Shown: positions 31,990-38,485 of the stretch, piece by piece
How positions within the stretch are numbered: the stretch's first letter is position 1
Layout: every line of letters starts with the position of its first letter
From: a bacterium
Lineage (GTDB): Bacteria; Patescibacteriota; Microgenomatia; Woykebacterales; RBG-16-39-9b
Length of the DNA: 42,607 bases
Assembly: GCA_030690175.1 (NCBI GenBank)
Contig: JAUYHE010000006.1
Location: forward strand, 1-42,607
Direction: 5' to 3'
Translations under genes and position numbers: made by a program
The notes under the pieces: model-generated
Seen by the model: the letters and a program-made list of their open reading frames with translations, nothing else
Told to the model about the DNA's origin: nothing
The model's database searches: none

Positions 31990-32628
31990 GTGAGAGTTAC
32001 ACTTATTTTAGTTTTTCTCGCTTCCTTGGTCGGGTTTTTTCTGACTCTTCTCCTGGTTTCTACCCATCAAACAGATACTTTTGACCGGGCCGGGATCCAG
32101 CTAGTCCAAAGCTTTTCCTCGCCCTTTCTGACGTGGATCATGGTTTTTGTTTCTGCTTTTGGAAACGGAGTCTTTACCGTCTTTACTTTTTTCGCCTTCG
32201 CTTTTGCCCTGCTACTCAAAGGCTACCGCCGGCAGTCTCATTTTAGCTTCCTCATTTGGCTCGCCCTTTTGCTTTCGTGGTTGGCAAAATTGATAATAGC
32301 CAGACCTAGACCAGACGGTTACTTACTTCCCGAAGCCACTCTTCCGTCTGATTTCAGTTTCCCTAGTGGCCACGTGGTTTTCTACACGGTATTTTTCGGC
32401 TTGGTGGCTTTTTACGCGCTTGTCCTACCTGACGTCAGCAAACTCGGAAGAAGCGTTTTACTGATTATTTCGGGATTACTAATTGGTCTGGTTGGCCTTT
32501 CTAGAATCTACCTAGGAGTCCACTACCCGACTGACGTAATCGGCGGATACTTATTGGGACTTCTCTTGCTGGGAGTTCTAGCCGTATTTTATTTTAAATT
32601 TATTCTTCCTAAAGAAAGTGGGGAATAA
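31990..32628 (+). CDS. PAP2-family phosphatase (undecaprenyl-diphosphatase-like)
   Basis: 212 aa, polytopic, with the PAP2 motifs KLIIARPRP, PSGH and SRIYLGVHYPTDV. Confidence 0.85.
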   Translation: MRVTLILVFLASLVGFFLTLLLVSTHQTDTFDRAGIQLVQSFSSPFLTWIMVFVSAFGNGVFTVFTFFAFAFALLLKGYRRQSHFSFLIWLALLLSWLAKLIIARPRPDGYLLPEATLPSDFSFPSGHVVFYTVFFGLVAFYALVLPDVSKLGRSVLLIISGLLIGLVGLSRIYLGVHYPTDVIGGYLLGLLLLGVLAVFYFKFILPKESGE

Positions 32629-32977
32629 AAAGCAGTAGTCCTACGAAGACGGCAAAGATAGACAGCAAAAGCACTGCCGCCGCCGAAACGTCTTTGGCCA
32701 GTCTAGCGTCGGGAAGGAGTTTTTCTTTCACCGCCAAGTCCACGACCACTTCCACCACCGTGTTTAAAAGTTCCGCAACCAGAACCAGGGAGATCGTTAT
32801 AATCAGAATGAGCCACTCGATTCGGGTGAAGTCCAAAAACCAAGCCGCCAGTACTGTCACCAAACCAATAAAAACTTGCAGTTGGAAGTTTTTTTGAGTA
32901 TTCAAAGCGTGAGAAAGACCAGAAAACGCCGTCCGGAAACTTCCCATCCTCGACTTATTGTTGTTTAGCGAATTCAT
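32609..32977 (-). CDS. dgkA: Diacylglycerol/undecaprenol kinase
   Basis: 122 aa with three TM helices and the AELLNTVVEVVVD motif. It overlaps the convergent PAP2 gene by 20 nt. Confidence 0.85.
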   Translation of the reverse strand: MNSLNNNKSRMGSFRTAFSGLSHALNTQKNFQLQVFIGLVTVLAAWFLDFTRIEWLILIITISLVLVAELLNTVVEVVVDLAVKEKLLPDARLAKDVSAAAVLLLSIFAVFVGLLLFIPHFL

Positions 32978-32992
32978 TAGAATATAAGGTAT

Positions 32993-33001
32993 ATAGTAGC
33001 A
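32993..33001 (-). promoter_or_regulatory. Extended -10 promoter of dgkA
   Basis: Minus strand: TGcTACTAT, with 15 nt to the ATG. It is the mirror image of the divergent tRNA promoter. Confidence 0.4.
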
Positions 33002-33016
33002 AAATTAGCCTACTTT

Positions 33017-33025
33017 TGCTACAAT
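33017..33025 (+). promoter_or_regulatory. Extended -10 promoter of the Leu-Val-Phe tRNA cluster
   Basis: TGcTACAAT, 10 nt before the tRNA-Leu 5' end. Confidence 0.55.
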
Positions 33026-33035
33026 ACACTTTCTT

Positions 33036-33122
33036 GCGGACGTGGCGGAACTGGTAGACGCGCAGCCTTGAGGAGGCTGTGGGAGCAATCCTGTGGAGGT
33101 TCAAGTCCTCTCGTCCGCACCA
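33036..33122 (+). tRNA. tRNA-Leu (anticodon GAG)
   Basis: 87 nt, type II, loop TTGAGGA, encoded CCA. Confidence 0.9.
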
Positions 33123-33199
33123 GGACGGTTAGCTCAGTTGGCCAGAGCGCCTCGTTTACACCGAGGAGGCCGCAGGTTCAAGTCCTGCACCGTCCACCA
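33123..33199 (+). tRNA. tRNA-Val (anticodon UAC)
   Basis: 77 nt, loop TTTACAC, encoded CCA. It begins at the base right after the previous CCA. Confidence 0.9.
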
Positions 33200-33274
33200 G
33201 CCGGGATAGCTCAGTGGTAGAGCGTCCGCTTGAAGAGCGGAGCGTGGGCGGTTCGATTCCGTCTCCCGGCACCA
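33200..33274 (+). tRNA. tRNA-Phe (anticodon GAA)
   Basis: 75 nt, loop TTGAAGA, encoded CCA. It begins at the base right after the previous CCA. Confidence 0.9.
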
Positions 33275-33372
33275 CCCTTTAACGGCTCAAACTGTAACTT
33301 GACTGTTGTTTTTCTGAAAGTAATCATTTAAACTCCCCTTTATCCTTATATGAGCAAGGGAGGTGAAAACGC

Positions 33373-33753
33373 ATGATTCGAGGTTTGGAAAGTGTAACTC
33401 TTTTTAGTGAAAGCGCCAAGGATTTGGCCGCCTTTTACCGCGAAAAGGTGGGGTTGAAAACTGGTATTGAAGCCGAAATGGGCGAGGCCGGCGAAGAGAT
33501 GTACGAATTGGTTCTTGGCGACGGTCCCAACCTATACGTAGTCGACCATTCCGTTGTTAAAGGTAAAAATAAAGAACCGGAACGGATCATATTTAACCTA
33601 GAAGTCGATAATATCGAAGATGAGGTAAAAAGGCTGGACGAGGCTGGTATAAAGAAGATTGCGGATACTTATCATGTTGAAGGTTATGGTTATATTGCTA
33701 CATTTGAGGACTTGGACGGAAATTATTTCCAACTAGCTCAAGTCAAAGCCTAA
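33373..33753 (+). CDS. Glyoxalase/bleomycin-resistance (VOC) family protein
   Basis: 126 aa with a beta-alpha-beta-beta-beta style sequence (...YGYIATFEDLDGNYFQL) and a strong SD (GGGAGGTG). Confidence 0.75.
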   Translation: MIRGLESVTLFSESAKDLAAFYREKVGLKTGIEAEMGEAGEEMYELVLGDGPNLYVVDHSVVKGKNKEPERIIFNLEVDNIEDEVKRLDEAGIKKIADTYHVEGYGYIATFEDLDGNYFQLAQVKA

Positions 33754-33789
33754 AATCGGTTCTTTAATTTAAAAGGAGGTGATAAATTT

Positions 33790-33990
33790 ATGACAGACGC
33801 ACAATGGCAAGAAAATAAAGATCACTTGGAAGGACACATCACCTGGCCAGCTACTAAGGAGCAAATTATTGCTGCCTGCAACGACTCTTCTGACGTACCA
33901 GCCGATGTAAAGACGGACGTCCAAAGCAATTTGCCAGACGGAACGTACAACTCTCCTGAAGAGATCAAGAGCGTTTTAGTTACTGGTTAG
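33790..33990 (+). CDS. DUF2795-like small protein
   Basis: 66 aa with WPATKEQIIAAC...LPDGTYNSPEEI, the pattern of DUF2795. SD is AAGGAGGTGA. Confidence 0.6.
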   Translation: MTDAQWQENKDHLEGHITWPATKEQIIAACNDSSDVPADVKTDVQSNLPDGTYNSPEEIKSVLVTG

Positions 33991-34094
33991 TCTTGGCTAC
34001 CAAAAATATAATCACCAGCAGCTGGACTAAGGATTAAGACAAGTCAATTTTAAAGAAAAGCGATCCAGAGATAAATCGAATGGGCCGTTTTTCT

Positions 34095-34376
34095 TTAGTT
34101 AAAAATCGAAGTAGTGTCAAAAGCCCCAGTCAAATAAGCCCCAACAATTACTAATATTACTGTTAAGTACAAAACGCCCATTGCCACCCAGAGTACTTTA
34201 TTAAAAATCTTCGGAAACGCTCGATTCTCCGTTTGACTAGGTTTGGGGGCTTCTTTAGAAATTAGTGTGGAACCTGGTCCCGCAAGTACTAAATCGCCTA
34301 AAAAAATACGGTCGTGTGGACACCAGTAAGTATTACTTGCTTGGGTTGCTTCGTATCCACAGATTGGGCAGTTCAC
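34095..34376 (-). CDS. Zinc-ribbon protein with C-terminal TM helix
   Basis: 93 aa with a GTG start. CPICG...WCPHD is followed by a hydrophobic helix (VLWVAMGVLYLTVILVIVGAYL). Confidence 0.4.
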   Translation of the reverse strand: MNCPICGYEATQASNTYWCPHDRIFLGDLVLAGPGSTLISKEAPKPSQTENRAFPKIFNKVLWVAMGVLYLTVILVIVGAYLTGAFDTTSIFN

Positions 34377-34382
34377 ATTTCT

Positions 34383-34411
34383 ATTTTATACCGTTCTTCT
34401 AACGGTGTAAA
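34383..34411 (-). promoter_or_regulatory. Candidate promoter of the zinc-ribbon gene
   Basis: Minus strand: TTTACA (34411-34406), 17 nt, TAAAAT (34388-34383). There are 6 nt to the GTG at 34376. Confidence 0.5.
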
Positions 34412-34448
34412 ACATCACGCAAACTTGTAATTTTTATTACGAAGAGGG

Positions 34449-35525
34449 CTATTCCCACCGAAAGGTTCTCGAAGCAAGAATATACGCAATTACGGCCCAA
34501 ACAGCCAAGCCTATAAATTGAGGAACGAGGTGGTCAATCGATAAACCCTCGACCGTAATTTTACGTATGGCGGTGTTGAAAAATGAGAGAGGTAGGAGGC
34601 TTACTACCGGCTGAATCCATGACGGTAAGGCGTCAATTGGAAAGAAGGTTCCAGCTACCAAAAATTGAGGCAGAACAAAAAGGTTCGCTACGGGCGCAGC
34701 GGTATTTTCATCATTAGCAATCCCAGCGACAAAAAGCCCAAAACCCAAAAAAGACAGCAACCCAATCACGCTAAGAATTAAAACCTGGGTCAGGGTAAAG
34801 AGGCCATGAACCAAGGTAAATTTAAAGACAAAGACACCGACCAAAACAATTACTAAAGTCTGCAGAAGTACCATCACCATTCTCGAGGCGCCTTGACCCA
34901 GCAAAATAGTCAAACCTTTCGTGGGCGTGGCAAAAATTCGCTTGAGAACTAATGTCTTTTTCAAAAATATTAATCCAAAGGAAGTACTAGTTATTGATGT
35001 TGTCAGAAGGGCGAAACCAATCATACCAGGTAGGAAGAAATCGATAAAGCTAAATTTCCTTCCAGAAACTTCTTCGATATCTAGCTTTATAACCGGATTT
35101 GTTACGTTGGCTAATTTTAGATTAAGTTTATCTACTACTCCAGAGGTCATACTTATTACCGCCGCAGCTTGTTGCGGGTTGGCTTGGGAAATGAAAAGCG
35201 ACGGGCTATTATTTTTATCTATTACTAACACACCAGCCAGACGACCTTGAGAAAGCTGCTCTTTCAGATCTTTCTCGCTCCCCTTTTTTATACTCACCGC
35301 TTCAATACGCGACAGTGCTTGGTAAATTGGACCCGACCCCCTTCCGTCTGGCACACCAATGGTGATGCTAGTTCCGTTACTTCCCAGCAGACCAAATACG
35401 CTGATGAATATGAGCGGGAAGGCAAAACCAAAAAATACAGTTGCTCTATTTCGAAACAGGGCGATAAGGGAGTACAAGGCGATTGAAAAAAAGGGCCTTA
35501 TTTGGTTTGGTGATTTATTTTTCAT
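34449..35525 (-). CDS. ABC-2 type transporter permease
   Basis: 358 aa with one N-terminal TM helix, a large loop and a cluster of five C-terminal TM helices. Confidence 0.85.
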   Translation of the reverse strand: MKNKSPNQIRPFFSIALYSLIALFRNRATVFFGFAFPLIFISVFGLLGSNGTSITIGVPDGRGSGPIYQALSRIEAVSIKKGSEKDLKEQLSQGRLAGVLVIDKNNSPSLFISQANPQQAAAVISMTSGVVDKLNLKLANVTNPVIKLDIEEVSGRKFSFIDFFLPGMIGFALLTTSITSTSFGLIFLKKTLVLKRIFATPTKGLTILLGQGASRMVMVLLQTLVIVLVGVFVFKFTLVHGLFTLTQVLILSVIGLLSFLGFGLFVAGIANDENTAAPVANLFVLPQFLVAGTFFPIDALPSWIQPVVSLLPLSFFNTAIRKITVEGLSIDHLVPQFIGLAVWAVIAYILASRTFRWE

Positions 35526-35530
35526 AATTT

Positions 35531-35572
35531 CTTAGTCCACGAAGTGGTTGCAGCACGCGAAGTATTCGGCCC
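35531..35572 (-). repeat. Copy X of the post-stop-codon motif, inside the ABC operon spacer
   Basis: Minus strand: GGGCCGAATACTTCGCGTGCTGCAACCACTTCGTGGACTAAG. It has a small hairpin CCAC-TTC-GTGG and a longer AGCACGC/GCGTGCT pairing that starts in the ATPase stop codon. Confidence 0.55.
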
Positions 35573-35597
35573 TGAAGTGGCATAAAATACGAGCGTG

Positions 35598-36368
35598 CTA
35601 CTCCTCCCGCAAATGCTTGCCAGTAAGTTGTAAAAATACATCCTCAAGGGTGGCCTTTTTTACTTCCCGTTTCCTCTTAAAACCTGTTGCCAAAAGCTCT
35701 TCAATGAGATCGTGCGGCGTGCCAATTTCTATAATTTTACCCTGATCCATAATAGCAACTCGATCGCAAAGCTCTTCAGCTTCTTGCATATAATGAGTGG
35801 TCAGAATAATCGTTCTCCCCTCCGCGTGAATTTTACGAATTTCTTCCCACAGATTCACCCTCGCTTGAGGATCCAGACCGGTTGTGGGCTCGTCGAGGAA
35901 AATAATTTTTGGGTTATGAATTAAAGTAGTCGCTAGGGAAAAACGCTGCCTTTGTCCTCCGGAAAGTTTTTGCCAGTAAGACTTATTCTTTTCCTCAAGA
36001 GAGAATTTTTTTAGAATTTCAATCGGGTCCCCAATCTCTACTTGATAAAGGCCAGCAAACATTTTCAGCAACTCCACTAGCGTCAAATCAGGATAAAAAC
36101 CCGAGTCTTGCAATTGGACACCGATGCTACTTTTCACTTTCCAAGAGTCGTGCTCGATATCCAGTCCATCGACGATTACTTTTCCAGATGTGGGTTTGCG
36201 CAATGTCTCGATTATTTCCAAGGTAGTGGTTTTTCCGGCGCCGTTGGGACCTAAGAGTCCAAATACCTCCCCTTCCCTTACTTCAAAAGAGATATTATCC
36301 ACCGCTACCAAATCTTCGTAATTTTTAGTGAGATTTTCTACCTGGATAATAGTTCTTGTACCTTTCAT
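35598..36368 (-). CDS. ABC transporter ATP-binding protein
   Basis: 256 aa with Walker A GPNGAGKTT, signature LSGGQRQR and Walker B IIFLDEP. Confidence 0.95.
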   Translation of the reverse strand: MKGTRTIIQVENLTKNYEDLVAVDNISFEVREGEVFGLLGPNGAGKTTTLEIIETLRKPTSGKVIVDGLDIEHDSWKVKSSIGVQLQDSGFYPDLTLVELLKMFAGLYQVEIGDPIEILKKFSLEEKNKSYWQKLSGGQRQRFSLATTLIHNPKIIFLDEPTTGLDPQARVNLWEEIRKIHAEGRTIILTTHYMQEAEELCDRVAIMDQGKIIEIGTPHDLIEELLATGFKRKREVKKATLEDVFLQLTGKHLREE

Positions 36369-36376
36369 AAGAAAAA

Positions 36377-36406
36377 ATTATATAATTAACAGCCGATTCC
36401 TATCAA
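36377..36406 (-). promoter_or_regulatory. Promoter of the ABC operon
   Basis: Minus strand: TTGATA (36406-36401), 18 nt, TATAAT (36382-36377). There are 8 nt to the ATG and no SD. Confidence 0.55.
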
Positions 36407-36430
36407 GATAGATTAAGTAGGGGTGGTCAA

Positions 36431-36517
36431 TGGTGCTGGGAGTGGGACTCGAACCCACAAGGTGTTGCAACCAACGGATTTTAAGTCCGTCGCGTATACC
36501 AATTCCGCCATCCCAGC
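36431..36517 (-). tRNA. tRNA-Leu (anticodon UAA)
   Basis: 87 nt, type II, loop CTTAAAA, encoded CCA. Confidence 0.9.
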
Positions 36518-36548
36518 AAGTTTAACTAACGAGATCAGAAACCACCAG

Positions 36549-36577
36549 ATTATACCAGTTTCACGTTACCCGGACAA
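36549..36577 (-). promoter_or_regulatory. Promoter of tRNA-Leu(UAA)
   Basis: Minus strand: TTGTCC (36577-36572), 17 nt, TGgTATAAT (-10 at 36554-36549). Confidence 0.55.
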
Positions 36578-36595
36578 TGCGCTAGGTATATTTTT

Positions 36596-36604
36596 TGTTA
36601 TAAT
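36596..36604 (+). promoter_or_regulatory. Extended -10 promoter (plus strand) ahead of the split membrane gene and yidC
   Basis: TGtTATAAT preceded by T6. Confidence 0.5.
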
Positions 36605-36658
36605 CGCAAGATTACATCTCGCGGTTAGCAAGATCTAATCGCAAGATTACATCCCGCG
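36599..36658 (+). repeat. Tandem 25-nt repeat containing a -10-like hexamer
   Basis: TATAATCGCAAGATTACATCTCGCG (36599-36623) and TCTAATCGCAAGATTACATCCCGCG (36634-36658) are identical at 23 of 25 positions, with a 35-nt period. Confidence 0.8.
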
Positions 36659-36674
36659 CTTGTTTCTCTATAGA

Positions 36675-37009
36675 GTGATTCTTATCCCCGCTGGCGCCCT
36701 GTTAGTATTCGTGGTAATTATTTTTCTGGTTCTGGTTTTTGGCCCATTTAAAGACGGCCGAACTGATTCTGAAAGTAAGAAGATCGATGAGCAGCAAAAA
36801 AAAATAGCTTGGTTTCAAATATAGATAAAGACTGTGACAGCATTCCAAACGATATCGACAAATACCGATTTGACCACGATAATGATCGAACAGCCGATTC
36901 GAAAGACACCGATAATGACAATGACGGCGGAACATCTGGCGGCTCTTCCGGCGGTAGCTCTGGAGGTTCTAGCGGCGGTTCGAGCAACAAGCCCATACGT
37001 ATTCCCTAG
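36675..37009 (+). CDS. Membrane-anchored Asp-rich (DxDxD, thrombospondin-type-3-like) repeat protein, split by a -1 frame change at an A9 tract
   Basis: Frame A (GTG 36675 or TTG 36660, to TAG 36824) encodes a TM helix (ILIPAGALLVFVVIIFLVLVF). Frame B (open from 36791, tracked as 36809-37009) encodes DKDCDSIPNDIDKYRFDHDNDRTADSKDTDNDNDGG plus (GGS)n. The frames meet at A9 (36796-36804). Confidence 0.45.
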
Positions 37010-37043
37010 ATCTTCGGCTAGAAATAGGCTATCATAGACTACG

Positions 37044-37754
37044 ATGTTTGATCTATTTTATTCTCTTTGGCTGAAAGGCCTCTACCAACCAATCTACAAT
37101 TTAGTTATTTTCACCTACAATATTTCGCCTGGACCCAGCTTTGGTTTAACAATCATCGGTCTGGCTATTCTCATTCGGTTTCTTTTCCTTTATTTTACCC
37201 TTCTTGGGTACAAGCACGAGGAACAACTTGTACAGGTTCAACCCACCATAAATCGGATCGAAAAGGACAACTCCTTGAGTAACAAAGAAAAGCTGGCCAA
37301 AATATCGGCTATCACCAAACCTCTCGGTGTAAACCCTCTTCTGTCATCTTTACCTTTATTTGCGCAGCTAGTTTTCTTAGGTGTCTTATACCAAATAATA
37401 CAGGTAGGGATTTACAGTAATGGGTTTGGGAATTTGTATCGATTCGTTAGTCATCCTGGCGAAATAAACACCCAATTTTTTGGTTTTAATCTAGCCCACC
37501 CAAGCATTTTACTTGCTTTGATAGCAGCTGGTGTGCTACTTACGGAGCGTATCTGGGAGTATAATGAAAAAAAAGAAATTGGCGGTACGTTTGCTCAAAA
37601 ATGGGACCCATTGATTTGGCCCCTCGGTACATTTATAATTTTATTAATACTTCCAAGTGCAAAGGCGGTTTTTTTGATAACATCAGTGGTGTTTTCATTC
37701 GTTATCAAAAGTATTGTTCAAGTGAGCAAACCAAAACCAGCCGGTGCTAAGTAG
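37044..37754 (+). CDS. yidC: Membrane protein insertase YidC (short form)
   Basis: 236 aa with the GLTIIGLAILIRFLFLYFTL helix, the QPTINRIEK...KEKL amphipathic loop and further TM helices. Confidence 0.8.
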   Translation: MFDLFYSLWLKGLYQPIYNLVIFTYNISPGPSFGLTIIGLAILIRFLFLYFTLLGYKHEEQLVQVQPTINRIEKDNSLSNKEKLAKISAITKPLGVNPLLSSLPLFAQLVFLGVLYQIIQVGIYSNGFGNLYRFVSHPGEINTQFFGFNLAHPSILLALIAAGVLLTERIWEYNEKKEIGGTFAQKWDPLIWPLGTFIILLILPSAKAVFLITSVVFSFVIKSIVQVSKPKPAGAK

Positions 37755-37760
37755 ATAATT

Positions 37761-38327
37761 ATGGCTTCTTTTGATCAGTTGGTAATTTCATTTTTAGTTG
37801 ATGAGGTGGCCGGAGGGTTTTTCGCGGACGTGCCACCTGGACACGTGGCTACCATTTACGATCGTATCAGAGGTGTCCGCAATCAAATTTGGGGACCGGG
37901 CTTGCATTTTAAATTACCTTTCATCCAAAAGGCGAAAATCTTTAACGCTCAAACTCTTGAATACACAATCCGAGATGGATTCAATCCTGATATAAATAAA
38001 GAAGCTTTAGCGGATGACGCTATCACCGCCGTAACTGCCGACAACACCCACGTCAAAATTCAAGGCTCAATCCTAGTGCGAATAAATAAAGAAAACGTAG
38101 TCTCTCTTTGGGAAAACATTGGCGAAGATTTTATTTCAAAAATAGTACGACCTGTTTCTCGAAGTCGTATACGCGGGGTAATTTCCCAGGTAACTTCCAA
38201 CCAAATAAATACTCATCGTCACGTGGTAGAGGCGAAAATGAAAGAAATGCTTGAAGCTGAATTTGCTCCCAAAGGCCTCATCGTTGAAAACGTGCTTCTG
38301 TCTGATGTTTCAACCGTGCCCTCGTAA
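37761..38327 (+). CDS. SPFH/Band-7 (prohibitin-like) domain protein
   Basis: 188 aa with PPGHVATIYDRIRGV...GPGLHFKLPFIQKAKIFN, typical of an SPFH domain start. Confidence 0.75.
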   Translation: MASFDQLVISFLVDEVAGGFFADVPPGHVATIYDRIRGVRNQIWGPGLHFKLPFIQKAKIFNAQTLEYTIRDGFNPDINKEALADDAITAVTADNTHVKIQGSILVRINKENVVSLWENIGEDFISKIVRPVSRSRIRGVISQVTSNQINTHRHVVEAKMKEMLEAEFAPKGLIVENVLLSDVSTVPS

Positions 38328-38331
38328 TTTA

Positions 38332-38407
38332 TGGGGTGGCTGACGGGGATCGAACCCGCAACCTCAAGGTCCACAACCTCGTGCTCTGCCATTGAGCTAC
38401 AGCCACC
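38332..38407 (-). tRNA. tRNA-His (anticodon GUG) with encoded G-1
   Basis: 76 nt with an extra 5' G opposite discriminator C, loop TTGTGGA, encoded CCA. Confidence 0.9.
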
Positions 38408-38485
38408 AAGATAAAATAGATAGGAATTCAAAAAGAACAGGAGTATTTTATCAAATTTTTGGGAGAGAATAAAGTTTAGGTGAGT

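Noticed and set aside
36599-36658. CRISPR-like repeats.
   Set aside because: There are only two 25-nt copies separated by 10 nt, no cas genes, and each copy starts with a -10-like hexamer. This is a tandem promoter or leader duplication.
36702-36996. Minus-strand ORFs 36702-36935 and 36748-36996.
   Set aside because: They are antisense shadows of the Asp-rich/(GGS)n repeat region. The products are low-complexity (EPPLEPPELPPEEPP) and lack starts with SD or promoter support.
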